The position numbers and the translations under genes are program-made. The notes below the pieces were generated by a model, which had not been told where the DNA came from, ran no database searches, and saw only the letters and a list, made by a program, of their open reading frames with translations. A stretch of 64,000 bases of DNA, from IMG/VR virus record IMGVR_UViG_3300029305_002311; one strand, 5' to 3'. This DNA is from a virus. This document shows, in pieces, positions 28,589 to 38,872 of this stretch (position 1 is its first letter; each line of letters begins with the position of its first letter).

Positions 28589-30841
28589 CTATTTTAATGG
28601 GCCTGCAATAAAAGAGCCGCTTCCGTTATTAAAGTAGAAAGATAAAGAAATTCTATCATATAGTCCTACATTTCCTTCAAAGTCTTTAGCTGGAATATAG
28701 TCTCTTATTAGCTCTCCAGATTTATTTGTAATCTTACAATAGTGTAGTTTGTATTTGTTTGATTGAGCGCCATTGTCACTATATCTTGGTTCACCAAGTA
28801 AATATAGGTTAGCTGGAGTCACTGGAGTATTAGTAATTGATGAATTATCTAATACAATTTCTCCATTAAATATAACTTTACCTAAGTTTGTATATATTGT
28901 ATTTTTATTATCTTTAGTTCCAGTTCCAAATCTAAAGTCATTTGCATATAGGTATCTAAATACATTGTTTTGGTAAGTTAATATCATAGTATTGTAATCC
29001 CAAGTAGAAGACGCAGACCAAATTACACTATTTTCAGTAGCTACTTCAGATATCTGTATTTCAATACTTCCTAAATCATCTGCACTTACACCAGTATCTA
29101 TGTATTGAGTTCCAGTAGATTGTATATAGTCTAACTCTATTAATTGAGCTACGCCTTCTAATATTGAGTCAGCTATAGCATCGCAAGTCTTATAATCATT
29201 TAAACTAGTAATATTTACAGCTCTTACATATCCTGAGCCAGAGTGATACCCTTTAGGTATAGCAATTGTTGAGTCTCCTGGAGTAATATATTTTGTTCCA
29301 ATATTAGGCATAGTTCCTGATAGTAGACCAGTAGAGCTATGAGCTGTTTTTCCTGATAATAAGTTAGCTGCAGTAGCTGTATCTTCATTAGTGTTATACA
29401 TTGTTGATTCATCTATTTTTATATTATCTACTACAGTTTCTCCATTCTCTCTCATTATTAAATAAGCAGCTTGAGATGGATTTTCAATCCAAACGTTGTC
29501 TTCTACTCTAAAGAAAGTGTATAGTGTTTTAGCTCCCCAACCTGATGAAGAAGGGTCTCCACCGTTACCGAAGTTTGGAATTGCGTAAGGTGTAGCTGTA
29601 GTAACTCTAGTTAATGTGTTGTTCTCTACACTGTATTTATAAATATAAGATGTATTTATATCTGAAATAAATACATAATCATTAAAAGTGGCTACATATA
29701 TACCATTAAGAGTGTTCATGCTAAAAGGTACTGTAGTTGTTTGAATTAAAGTCCTTGTATCTAAATCATATAAGCTAAAGTCTCTAGTAGCTCTATCTAC
29801 AGTAACAAAATAGCTATCTTTAAAGATAGCAGCTACTGCACTATCCATTATAGTGCTACTTATAGCTGTGTGAGATATAGTTTGAGCATTTGCATTTACT
29901 GTATAGATTCTAGCTGCTCCTACAGTACTTAATATACATTTACTTCCTTGAGAATTCCAAGAAATACATCTTCCTTCAGAAGTTCCAGTAGTTGTAACTG
30001 TATAAACTCCATTAGCTATAAATCCAGCATACCCATAATCACTTGAATAATAGCCAAGTCTTCCATACATAATAACTGATTTATTGCTCATAGGATTGAA
30101 TTTAATTTTTATACCACCGTCCCATGTATTACCAACCCCATTAACACCACAATGGCTTCTAGGTAATGCAGTTGAGTTGTTATATATATTTACTACCTCT
30201 TTCTTTTCATAGTCATAATCCACTATCAATGTTCTTACATTGCTATTAGGAACATCTTGTACTACAAATCCAAATCTTAAAGTGCCATCATCATTTTTCC
30301 AATAAGCTATATCTGCAGAAACAAAACACCAGCCACTAAATCCTACATCAGCTGTAGTAATTTGATAGTTAGTTCTTGTCCATACATTATTATCATTTAA
30401 CTCAAAAAATACATAGTTAGGAGCATACACATTATAGTTTGTTACTGTACTTCCGTTACTAAATAAAGCTAATCTATGTCTATAACTACAAGCCACTATT
30501 CTATTAGTTGTTGTAGTGCACCAGCTAGTATCATAAGTAGTTCTAGTTAATGTATTCAATGTTGGATTCATTGTCTTATATAAAGTTTTTACTTGCCCAG
30601 TAATTTTTTGGTCATTTACATAAGCAGTTTTAGGGTAAATAATATCATTAGCTGTTGCAGTTGCATCTTCTGTCTTAATTCCAGTTTCTATAGCTCTTAT
30701 TTTATCTGCATAACTTCTAAAAGTATCTGAATCTGAAATAGGTTGTTCTTTATCTATAATTGCTTGTTTTATTAAATCTTTAGTTTCATTAAGGTAAGCT
30801 AAATTGTCTTGCAAGTCTTGAGGTGTATACTTATCAGACAT
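28589..30841 (-). CDS. Tail fibre paralog with beta-propeller-like middle and laminin G/concanavalin-like C-terminal domain
   Basis: TPQDLQDNLAYLNETKDLIKQAI module; C-term LDYIQSTGTQYIDTGVSADD...GPLK. Confidence 0.65.
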   Translation of the reverse strand: MSDKYTPQDLQDNLAYLNETKDLIKQAIIDKEQPISDSDTFRSYADKIRAIETGIKTEDATATANDIIYPKTAYVNDQKITGQVKTLYKTMNPTLNTLTRTTYDTSWCTTTTNRIVACSYRHRLALFSNGSTVTNYNVYAPNYVFFELNDNNVWTRTNYQITTADVGFSGWCFVSADIAYWKNDDGTLRFGFVVQDVPNSNVRTLIVDYDYEKKEVVNIYNNSTALPRSHCGVNGVGNTWDGGIKIKFNPMSNKSVIMYGRLGYYSSDYGYAGFIANGVYTVTTTGTSEGRCISWNSQGSKCILSTVGAARIYTVNANAQTISHTAISSTIMDSAVAAIFKDSYFVTVDRATRDFSLYDLDTRTLIQTTTVPFSMNTLNGIYVATFNDYVFISDINTSYIYKYSVENNTLTRVTTATPYAIPNFGNGGDPSSSGWGAKTLYTFFRVEDNVWIENPSQAAYLIMRENGETVVDNIKIDESTMYNTNEDTATAANLLSGKTAHSSTGLLSGTMPNIGTKYITPGDSTIAIPKGYHSGSGYVRAVNITSLNDYKTCDAIADSILEGVAQLIELDYIQSTGTQYIDTGVSADDLGSIEIQISEVATENSVIWSASSTWDYNTMILTYQNNVFRYLYANDFRFGTGTKDNKNTIYTNLGKVIFNGEIVLDNSSITNTPVTPANLYLLGEPRYSDNGAQSNKYKLHYCKITNKSGELIRDYIPAKDFEGNVGLYDRISLSFYFNNGSGSFIAGPLK

Positions 30842-30844
30842 AGA

Positions 30845-31156
30845 CTATACCTCCTCTCCATTTATGTCTACTACAGTAATAGTAGCATCATTTACTTGTT
30901 TAGTAAGTTCTACTATTGTATTTTGTTGTTCAACTATTCTATCTTCTAATTCAGCAACAGTAGTTCCAAGAAGTATACCTTTTATATCTGCATACCTTTT
31001 TGTAGCTTCTTCATTAGTTGCTAAGTCTTCTACATATTTTTCTCCATTTCTCATAAACCAGATAACATCAGTATTATCTTCTGGGTCAATATACACTGTT
31101 TGAATTAGAGATATATTTACTAGTTTTCCGTCTAATCTCTCAATAAAAAGAGTCAT
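30845..31156 (-). CDS. Hypothetical tail-region protein
   Basis: ORF with RBS. Confidence 0.55.
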   Translation of the reverse strand: MTLFIERLDGKLVNISLIQTVYIDPEDNTDVIWFMRNGEKYVEDLATNEEATKRYADIKGILLGTTVAELEDRIVEQQNTIVELTKQVNDATITVVDINGEEV

Positions 31157-31161
31157 ATTAT

Positions 31162-31395
31162 CTACTCCTCTCCTGTTGCTACTAATTTAGCAACAATATC
31201 TTTTCTTATTGCTTCTGCTTCTTCTTGAGTAGCATAAGCTCCTTCTTTTATAATAACTCCGTTCATTTGAACGTACGCTACGGCGTAAGTCAATTCATCA
31301 GAGTCTAATTTCTTTTCATTTTCTATTACTCTTACATCTTGTAAAAGATAAAGATTTTGTAATCTTCCATTATTAGTCTCTATAAACATTCTCAT
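31162..31395 (-). CDS. Small hypothetical tail-region protein
   Basis: ORF with RBS. Confidence 0.55.
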   Translation of the reverse strand: MRMFIETNNGRLQNLYLLQDVRVIENEKKLDSDELTYAVAYVQMNGVIIKEGAYATQEEAEAIRKDIVAKLVATGEE

Positions 31396-31456
31396 CTCTC
31401 CTTCCTATAGTAATATATAATAAGTCTACTCTTTTTAATTTCTCACACAAATAAAT

Positions 31457-31486
31457 AGACCTACAATAAAATAGGTCTAATATATT
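31457..31486 (-). terminator. Candidate terminator hairpin (approximate coordinates)
   Basis: TAGACCTA-CAATAAAA-TAGGTCTA. Confidence 0.5.
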
Positions 31487-31492
31487 AAAATA

Positions 31493-31560
31493 CTAAACAT
31501 CAGAATGACTTGAGAGGCATTTTCTGTGTTTAGATATATAATTATATAGCTTAGCGCTGC
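31493..31560 (-). repeat. Dispersed intergenic motif copy C (AGCGCTAAGCTATATAATTATATATCTAAACACAGAAAATGCCTCTCAAGTCATTCTGATGTTTAG), also a strong hairpin
   Basis: CTAAACA-CAGAA...TTCTG-A-TGTTTAG; reverse orientation relative to copies A and B. Confidence 0.7.
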
Positions 31561-32195
31561 TCAAATATTCTTTCTACATTAGAAAATGAATAATAGTCAT
31601 CTTTCTTTCCTCTAGCTTGTATATATTGATTCTTTCCTGATTTTCTAAATGAAAACTGAGTAGTGTCTTCTAATTTTACCCAATTAGTATCGTCTATCTT
31701 GTATTCTAAGAAGTCATATTTAGTATTAGTAGAGATAGAGCAATAAGCTATTTCATCAGATTCTCTTAAAGTAAGAGTTAGATAAAGTCTATCTGAAGAA
31801 ACTGATGGTATTTTTATTTTATCTCTTACAGTAGTATTTGTTATATATTCTGCTTCTGAATCTACATTTAAGTCAGCTTCTATAGTTAACACTTGAGTTT
31901 TATCTGATTGAGCTATGTGTGTAATATAAGTCATAAGCTCAGTTTCATCTGAGTTAGTTGTATCTATGTATACAGTATCTTTAGCTGCAGGAATATCATT
32001 TATTCTTAATTTAACACTAGCCTCTCCTTTATACAATTGAACATCTGGCTCTTTGAAAGGGTCATGTTTTAGATGAGCTTTTATTTTTATACCTTTTCTA
32101 CCATAGATTTCTTCATCATATACCGAAGTAGTAATACCTAAAGTAAAGTGTTCTCCTAATCTACCGTTACATTTTACTGTTTCTGTATGTACCAT
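31551..32195 (-). CDS. Hypothetical virion-region protein, beta-rich
   Basis: ORF. Confidence 0.55.
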   Translation of the reverse strand: MVHTETVKCNGRLGEHFTLGITTSVYDEEIYGRKGIKIKAHLKHDPFKEPDVQLYKGEASVKLRINDIPAAKDTVYIDTTNSDETELMTYITHIAQSDKTQVLTIEADLNVDSEAEYITNTTVRDKIKIPSVSSDRLYLTLTLRESDEIAYCSISTNTKYDFLEYKIDDTNWVKLEDTTQFSFRKSGKNQYIQARGKKDDYYSFSNVERIFEQR

Positions 32196-32204
32196 GTCTA
32201 CCTC

Positions 32205-32606
32205 CTATATTTCTATCGAGTCTTTAAATTCTTCTAGTTTGATTAGTTCATCATAAAATCCTCTAAAAGTAGTATCTTCAGGAATGTAGTCAAGACTTAT
32301 TTCTCTTCTTGATATTGAGTAGTCTGTATTTAATAATTCAGCATTCGCAAATTGAGCTTCTTGTATTTTATTAGTTAAAGCTAGTACTACTTCATCTTCT
32401 GTTGTAGTTTCTAATTTAGTATATAAATCTTGTATTTTTGCTCTAGTTTCATCTGCTAATTTGGCTTTATTTCTATAATCTTCTGATATATAATCTTCTA
32501 AAGTTACAATACTTTGATTTTTATTATAGTTGATAGCTACTTTTACTATTCTATGATATTTAGTAATAAGCCCTGATTCTTTAGTCACTTCTTTACTTAT
32601 TGCCAT
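32205..32606 (-). CDS. Hypothetical tail-region protein
   Basis: ORF. Confidence 0.5.
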   Translation of the reverse strand: MAISKEVTKESGLITKYHRIVKVAINYNKNQSIVTLEDYISEDYRNKAKLADETRAKIQDLYTKLETTTEDEVVLALTNKIQEAQFANAELLNTDYSISRREISLDYIPEDTTFRGFYDELIKLEEFKDSIEI

Positions 32607-33393
32607 TGTTTATTACCTCCTTAATAAAGTTTATTATGAATTGAATTAGTTTTCTTAATATATAGAATGTTGGAGTAGTAGCTTCTATATTTGTAGATTC
32701 TTGAGCTGCTAAAGTTACTCCCCAAGCTTCTCTTATTTTATATTCATATGGAAGAATGCAAAGTCCGTTATCTCCCCACTCTTTTCCCCAGCTGTTTTGA
32801 ACTATATAGCCAGTTTCATTCCATCCAAGTAACAACATCATGTGCCCTGAATTAGGGTAATAGTCTGGAACTTGAACTATATTCTTATCATCTAATTGTA
32901 AGTTATCAGTAGCTATAGCGATTGGAATTGGAGTTTGTTTACTATAAAGCCAAGACTTAATTTCTTGTTCTGTATAAAGTCTTGCATAAGATTGAATTTT
33001 GTATTCATCAGCCAAAGCTTCTAATAATACAAAGTTATCATCAACTTTCTTTTTAGCTTCTTGCATTTCTATGTTATAGTTGAAGTTTTTATTCTGAACT
33101 GCTCCAAGTTTTTGTAAAGTTTTAAGAGCTTCTCTAGGGTACATTCCTTCTCCTTGATAATAACCTTCTGGCCTATAGCCATAAATCCAACCGGTTGAAT
33201 AGATAGTACCTTCTTTTTCTTCTATCATTGAAGATAGAGCGTGAGCTACACAAGAGTTTACATACCCTTGGTCTTTTATAGAAGCAGCTTTTAAGCTATA
33301 CTCTTTTGGAAGAGTTATAGCTTTAACTGCTGAGCATACTCTAAAATCTCTTAAATCTTTAGGTGATTCTAACGAACCGAATTTTCTTTCCAT
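32593..33393 (-). CDS. Papain-like (C1 family) cysteine peptidase
   Basis: SIKDQGYVNSCVAHALSSMIEE (Gln/Cys), GHMMLLLGWNE (His), YIVQNSWGKEWGDNG (Asn); hydrophobic C-terminal helix. Confidence 0.85.
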   Translation of the reverse strand: MERKFGSLESPKDLRDFRVCSAVKAITLPKEYSLKAASIKDQGYVNSCVAHALSSMIEEKEGTIYSTGWIYGYRPEGYYQGEGMYPREALKTLQKLGAVQNKNFNYNIEMQEAKKKVDDNFVLLEALADEYKIQSYARLYTEQEIKSWLYSKQTPIPIAIATDNLQLDDKNIVQVPDYYPNSGHMMLLLGWNETGYIVQNSWGKEWGDNGLCILPYEYKIREAWGVTLAAQESTNIEATTPTFYILRKLIQFIINFIKEVINNGNK

Positions 33394-33406
33394 AAATTAT
33401 TCCTCC

Positions 33407-34978
33407 TTATTTAATTACTGCTGGTTCATTGTAAACTAAGATTGAGCTATCTCCTACATAGTATGTATGAGTGTCTTCAACAACAATTTCATAAACATTT
33501 ACTACGTCTGTTATTTCAAAGCTTACACTACTTATATCTACTTCTTCTCCATCTTTATTTCTTAATTTGTCTGTAGCTGATAGGTTCTTAGCTTCTACTG
33601 CAAGTTTATCTATTACATAGAATGGATGGTCTCCTGTAGATTGTATTCTTTCTCCATTAGCTTCTATAGTATAAATTATAGACTCTGGGTGAGTATAAGT
33701 TTCAGTAACTGTTTTTGTCTCATTTTGTTGAGTTTCAAAGTTATAAGAAATTACTTCATCTCCAGCTTCTATTTCTTCTATATTAGTTAATCCACTAGGA
33801 GTTAATACTTTAGTTCCTTCTATAAAGCAAGGTTCTCCTTGAATTAATCCTTTTTGATTCCAGAACCATTTAGACTCACTAGAATCCCAGTAAATATAGA
33901 AATCTTGTCCGCCAGTTATGTTATTGAATAAGTATTCATAATCTCCGTTATACATTGAACTATATGATTTTAGTACTACATACAAATAAGTGTATCTACT
34001 CTTTCTATCTGCTCCAGATAATATATTGTTAGATTTTATAAGGGTACCATCTTCTACCCATTGTTCTAATTGATTTATAACTGTAGAAGTCATGTATGCT
34101 GTAAGAGTATTTTCATCTGGAGTACTTGGTGGATATGAAGTTCCATCTCCAACTGACCATGCTTTTAATTGAGAAGGCATTGCATACAATGCTGCATCAA
34201 ATGCTTTTTGTATATTAGATATATTGTTATTAGCTACTACAATATCTTCTTCAATTTGTTCTGTACCTGCTGCTATTTTATTATCTATTTGCTCTTGACT
34301 TAGTATTGATATCTCTGTTTTGTTTACAGAAGAATAAGTATTTCCTGTTCCTCTAGTAAAAGTCATTGTTATCAATTTGTTATTATTTGTGTCTACATAA
34401 GAAATTAAGTCTACAGTTTCAGTACTATCAGGAGTTAATAAACCTGTAAATTGATAGCAGCAATTATAATCTCCTGTTCCCATTGAATTAGATATGTCTA
34501 TAATTACGTGTTGTTGAGTAGATAAAGCATTTTGAAAGTTAGCGATATTTTCTTCTCCATCAAAAGCTTGCGTTATTTCTTCAGAAGTAGACTCATTAGT
34601 TAAATCTAAAATCATACTACTTGTATGAAATATCTCTACTGTGCTATTATCTTGTTCTTCTGGATTTATATGTGAAACTAAGAAGTCTGTTCCATCATAT
34701 GTTATTGCATAAACTTGATTTATTGCAATCCATCCATCAAATAAATCTACTTTAATTCCATTCTTATAAGTTTTTAAAGATTTAGCTCCTAAGCTATTTA
34801 CATTCATTGTGCATTGTGCAGATGTTCCATGAGCATTACTTAATATATGTACTGTTTTATGTAAGAGCTCATTATAGTTAGTGATTCCATATATCTCTAT
34901 TTCTCTAGCAGCTGCATCTGATGAATTTTCTATTATAGGTGCATCTAATAATCTTTGTGTTCCTTTAAATAAAACCAT
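33407..34978 (-). CDS. Virion-region protein with C-terminal Hint (intein/hedgehog-like) domain
   Basis: CFIEGTKVLTPSGLTNIEEIEAGDEVISYN...GDHPFYVID...NVYEIVVEDTHTYYVGDSSILVYN. Confidence 0.8.
   Translation of the reverse strand: MVLFKGTQRLLDAPIIENSSDAAAREIEIYGITNYNELLHKTVHILSNAHGTSAQCTMNVNSLGAKSLKTYKNGIKVDLFDGWIAINQVYAITYDGTDFLVSHINPEEQDNSTVEIFHTSSMILDLTNESTSEEITQAFDGEENIANFQNALSTQQHVIIDISNSMGTGDYNCCYQFTGLLTPDSTETVDLISYVDTNNNKLITMTFTRGTGNTYSSVNKTEISILSQEQIDNKIAAGTEQIEEDIVVANNNISNIQKAFDAALYAMPSQLKAWSVGDGTSYPPSTPDENTLTAYMTSTVINQLEQWVEDGTLIKSNNILSGADRKSRYTYLYVVLKSYSSMYNGDYEYLFNNITGGQDFYIYWDSSESKWFWNQKGLIQGEPCFIEGTKVLTPSGLTNIEEIEAGDEVISYNFETQQNETKTVTETYTHPESIIYTIEANGERIQSTGDHPFYVIDKLAVEAKNLSATDKLRNKDGEEVDISSVSFEITDVVNVYEIVVEDTHTYYVGDSSILVYNEPAVIK
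33410..33829 (-). other. Hint domain coding segment (140 codons)
   Basis: Cys1 plus block A, TxxH-like STGDHPF block B, C-terminal TYYVG...VYN. Confidence 0.8.
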
Positions 34979-34991
34979 TATTATCTCCTTC

Positions 34992-35417
34992 CTAGCCAAC
35001 TATTTTAGCTAATTTAAATTGGTCTGTTTCTATAAGTGCTTTTTCTATAGTTAATTTAGATAAATCATCTAAATCTGTAAGTTCTACTATTATTTCTCCA
35101 ACTATACAATCTTCATATGCTGCACTAGCATTTATTTTATCAGCTAATTCATTTATCTGTAATTGTAATTTATCTAATTTTTTAAGTTCTGTTTTAGTAG
35201 GTGTTTCTTTCTCCATTAGTGGAGTAAATTGGTCTACTAGTTTTTCTTGGTCACTTTGTAGAATAGTTTTTTGCATTGCTTTTAAATAAAAATCTTTAGA
35301 AGTAAATCCATGCACTGAAACTCTAGCAGAATTATCACTAAAAGCTTCTACTATATCTACAACATGATAATTTAAAGTTGCTCCATTTGCTAATCTTATT
35401 GCTTTTGATAATGCCAT
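34992..35417 (-). CDS. Hypothetical tail-region protein
   Basis: ORF with RBS. Confidence 0.55.
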   Translation of the reverse strand: MALSKAIRLANGATLNYHVVDIVEAFSDNSARVSVHGFTSKDFYLKAMQKTILQSDQEKLVDQFTPLMEKETPTKTELKKLDKLQLQINELADKINASAAYEDCIVGEIIVELTDLDDLSKLTIEKALIETDQFKLAKIVG

Positions 35418-35428
35418 TTAATTACCTC

Positions 35429-36478
35429 CTATTCATAATTAGTTGTGTACATATCTATTATGTGAGTTGTTCCTCCTGAATCTTTAACAATTATGTATCT
35501 AGCAGTTTTCTTTTTACCGCTTGAATCATAATAGTATGCCATCGGACATTCAGTCTTAGCTCCTCCAGCACTACTTACATAATATACTATGCCGTCTTTA
35601 TATATGCTTACATTATTATTGCCTGCTTCTACATATCCTAACCAACCAGAGCTATGACCACTAGTATTAGAAGTCATATAAGCAGCTACTCTAGTAGCTA
35701 TTAAGTCTCCTGGTCTTAAATTCATTATACTTCCAGGATTAAATGTAAGGCTAGTTCCTGTAACATTAGTATTTACATCTGTCCAGCTAGACCATGACCC
35801 TCTATATCTTCTCATTTGCACTCTGTATTTAGAAATTGAGTTTCCAGTTCCAGCTTTAGCTGCTGTCCAAGATACTTTTAAATCCCAGTCAGGTTTTCTA
35901 GTAGTTGCTGAATTAGTAACTCCTTTTAAATTAGTAGGGTCTGACCAAGGTGGTGTAGGGTCATATTCAGGAACTGCTACATTAGCTATAGTATAGTCTC
36001 TATTATTATCTACTGTACAGTTAGTACATCCAGCTCTAGCTTTAAATACTAAAGCCATTTTATCATTACTTGGCCAGTTTATATCAAATGTATGAGTTCC
36101 TTTAGAAATAGCACTAGTCCATTGACTTGGACTGTTACCTTTGTAAGCTATCTCTTTTTCTACTCCACCAATTTGAGCAAATAAATCTATATAATAACCG
36201 AAGTAAGCAGTCCAACTAGAATTTGCATTATTACCATAGTTTCCTGTAGATGAGTCTGCTTTATTCCAACCTAATCCAGATTCAAATAATCTCCAAAGTT
36301 CTCCGTAAAGAGTAACATGCACTGTTGGAGAAGTTTTACTGTCTCTAGTTAAAGTATAACTGATAGTTGTGTACATTCTTGGATGATTTTTATTAGTAGC
36401 TATAAAAGTAGTGCCACTATTTGAGTACTGCGGACCATGCCACTGTAAACTATAGCTACCTGATTTAGTTTCAGCCAT
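35429..36478 (-). CDS. Tail protein with fibronectin-III-like domain
   Basis: LKVSWTAAKAGTGNSISKYRVQMRRYRGSWSSWTDVNTNVTGTSLTF. Confidence 0.6.
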   Translation of the reverse strand: MAETKSGSYSLQWHGPQYSNSGTTFIATNKNHPRMYTTISYTLTRDSKTSPTVHVTLYGELWRLFESGLGWNKADSSTGNYGNNANSSWTAYFGYYIDLFAQIGGVEKEIAYKGNSPSQWTSAISKGTHTFDINWPSNDKMALVFKARAGCTNCTVDNNRDYTIANVAVPEYDPTPPWSDPTNLKGVTNSATTRKPDWDLKVSWTAAKAGTGNSISKYRVQMRRYRGSWSSWTDVNTNVTGTSLTFNPGSIMNLRPGDLIATRVAAYMTSNTSGHSSGWLGYVEAGNNNVSIYKDGIVYYVSSAGGAKTECPMAYYYDSSGKKKTARYIIVKDSGGTTHIIDMYTTNYE

Positions 36479-36493
36479 CTAAACTCCTCCTCT

Positions 36494-38542
36494 CTAGTCC
36501 TTCCAGCAAACTATTACTGTTCTGGCACCGATGTTTTGTGTTCCATCAGCTGTAGATTTAGCCATTGCTCTTAAGTCATATACTGAGCTTGATGTAGAGT
36601 ATACATATCTACCCTTGGAGTTTGAAAGGTTTCCGCTTATGCTTAAGTCTCCGCCAACACTTAGACTTCCTACACTAGCTGCTCCAGATACATTTAGTGC
36701 ATTTGCATAAACGCAACTCCAACGATTATTTGAGCTTCCTAGAGCATATGAATTAGTTTTTGAAGGTAGCACATCTCCACTAATTTGTCCACCAGCTTTA
36801 TCAAATTTATTTTGGTCTAGTACAAATCCTTGATGTGCAGATAGAGCTTGTTTATTATTATAAGTACTTGATTTTAAATCATTTACTAAAACTACTCTTC
36901 CATTTAAGTTATCGTAAATTAAATAATAATCACCGTCTTTATATTCAATGCTAGTTGTGCCGTCTTTAGTTATAGTGCATTTTAATGAGTCTGCTTTTCC
37001 AGCAGGTATAACACCGTTTATTAAATCCGTAGATTGTTTAAGTGATTTCTCTGCTTGAGCTCTTGCTACATAATCAGCATATCCAGTATTTTCTTGGTCT
37101 ACTTCTATCCATCTTCTATCTATAATTATTGATTCTACATCAGCATTTAAATCAGTGATTCCTGATTTTAAAACTATTATAGCTAATGGAATAAAGATAG
37201 TTTTTCCAAATGGAGCTGGGTAAGCTAAAAGTCCAGTTCCTTCTATGGCTTTATTGAAAGTATCGTATATTGTATCTCCGTATTGAAGTACTAATGATTG
37301 TTCATATATGTCCCAAAGTACTCTTTGAATAGTAAATTTTCCATTAGGAACGCTGTTTATAGTTCCAGCATTGAAAGTTAAAGCTTCTAGCTCATCTTGT
37401 ACATTCTGTAACTCCATTTCTAATGGGTTTGCGCAAGTAACTGGGTCTATATAGATGATGAATGCAGGTGATTTTCTAATAGCTAGTACTTGAGCTTCAG
37501 TAACTGAAGCTACTAAAATATTTCTAGCTATGAAGTCACTTACTAAAGTCATATTTGCTTGAAGTCCAGCTCTTCTTACTTCTTTTAAGTTATCATTTCC
37601 TAAAAGAGCATACAATTTTTCTACCTCCGCATATATGTCTTGTAATCTATTAGCGTATGCATTAGTAACTTGAAGTAAATCACTATTTTCTGCCCCGTTC
37701 ACTATCATATCATGAAGTTCATTAGCAGTTGCATTAGCATAGTTGTCTATTAAGTAGAATAAATTTCTAATACTATGAATATATTCTTCAGCTTTTATTT
37801 TGTCTTGTTTGCTCATATTATATGTCATGTATCTATCTGTTATTAAATTATAAGTCTTAGCTTGCGTATAGTCTATCTCATTAAAGTTATTTATATATCT
37901 TAGTGGAACTCTTTCTGATGCTAAATTATAGAATTGATAAATATCTGGTGATACTTTATCAGTAAAATCTATACCACTTCTTTTAGTAGTTCCGGAAGTT
38001 TGAGATAATTCTAAACCTCCTGGAGATTTTACATACATTCCTTCTACATCATAGAATTCATCTCCAGCATTATACATTGGAGTTCCAGCTCTTTGAGCCA
38101 TAATATACATATGATTCCAAGTAGAATCAGTGTTTATGCAGAATCTAGCCAACAGCACTTCATCTGCTTCTCCAAACATATACTCTGAAATTCTATAAGA
38201 TAAATCTTCTCTAATATATAAGAAGTTTAGTTTTCCGTTAGCATAGCTTAAAAAATCAATAGGAAACATGCTTAAGTTTACTATTTTATTAGTATCTCTG
38301 AAGTATAAATCAAAGTTATCAAATACTGTAGCTGAGTTTACTACTCCAGTAATCTCTACTGGCTTAAGAGGTCTTATAAGCATTCCGTCTACAGTTTCTC
38401 TACCATTATAAACTACTCCATTGCTAAGTATTGTTCCAACCATTGAATCTATGAAAGCTGAGCTATCTGAGTTTTGATTGAAATATTCTATCAAGTCTTT
38501 CATTATATTAGAGTCATTTAGTTGTTTCCAGTCTCTCATCAT
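36494..38542 (-). CDS. Large baseplate/tail fibre-region structural protein
   Basis: Position, size, C-terminal repeats YALGSSNNRWSCVYANALNVSGAASVGSLSVGGDLSISGNL typical of fibre proteins. Confidence 0.6.
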   Translation of the reverse strand: MMRDWKQLNDSNIMKDLIEYFNQNSDSSAFIDSMVGTILSNGVVYNGRETVDGMLIRPLKPVEITGVVNSATVFDNFDLYFRDTNKIVNLSMFPIDFLSYANGKLNFLYIREDLSYRISEYMFGEADEVLLARFCINTDSTWNHMYIMAQRAGTPMYNAGDEFYDVEGMYVKSPGGLELSQTSGTTKRSGIDFTDKVSPDIYQFYNLASERVPLRYINNFNEIDYTQAKTYNLITDRYMTYNMSKQDKIKAEEYIHSIRNLFYLIDNYANATANELHDMIVNGAENSDLLQVTNAYANRLQDIYAEVEKLYALLGNDNLKEVRRAGLQANMTLVSDFIARNILVASVTEAQVLAIRKSPAFIIYIDPVTCANPLEMELQNVQDELEALTFNAGTINSVPNGKFTIQRVLWDIYEQSLVLQYGDTIYDTFNKAIEGTGLLAYPAPFGKTIFIPLAIIVLKSGITDLNADVESIIIDRRWIEVDQENTGYADYVARAQAEKSLKQSTDLINGVIPAGKADSLKCTITKDGTTSIEYKDGDYYLIYDNLNGRVVLVNDLKSSTYNNKQALSAHQGFVLDQNKFDKAGGQISGDVLPSKTNSYALGSSNNRWSCVYANALNVSGAASVGSLSVGGDLSISGNLSNSKGRYVYSTSSSVYDLRAMAKSTADGTQNIGARTVIVCWKD

Positions 38543-38551
38543 TTTCCTCCT

Positions 38552-38872
38552 TTATTCAAAGTATTTATCGATTTGTCCTAAAGCATATTTGTTGTTTAAT
38601 ATTTTATTCCATTCAGAGTCACTCTGATGTTTGATTAAAATGTAACTATTCTTAAGAGTGATTACTAAGTTCTTATTGTATATTTGTAGACTATTATCAG
38701 TTTCGTCTAAATCATTTTCTCTACAATAATTTCTATCTATTAAGTATTTTTTTATGCCACTTAGCTTAAAGTATGGAATTTCACTTTCTTCTAGTATTTT
38801 CTTAATATTTTCATATAAAGTCATTATTTCCTCCATTAGTTTATATAAGTTAAATCTGAAAATGTCTCTCAA
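38552..38872 (-). CDS. Small hypothetical protein
   Basis: ORF with RBS. Confidence 0.45.
   Translation of the reverse strand: MRDIFRFNLYKLMEEIMTLYENIKKILEESEIPYFKLSGIKKYLIDRNYCRENDLDETDNSLQIYNKNLVITLKNSYILIKHQSDSEWNKILNNKYALGQIDKYFE

Noticed and set aside
33407-34978. Classical intein or polymorphic toxin
   Set aside because: No C-extein and no toxin domain follow the Hint domain; only six residues remain after the terminal Asn.
38605-38650. Additional copy of the dispersed motif (cattcagagtcactctgatgtttgatt)
   Set aside because: Partial match only and inside coding sequence; could be chance.
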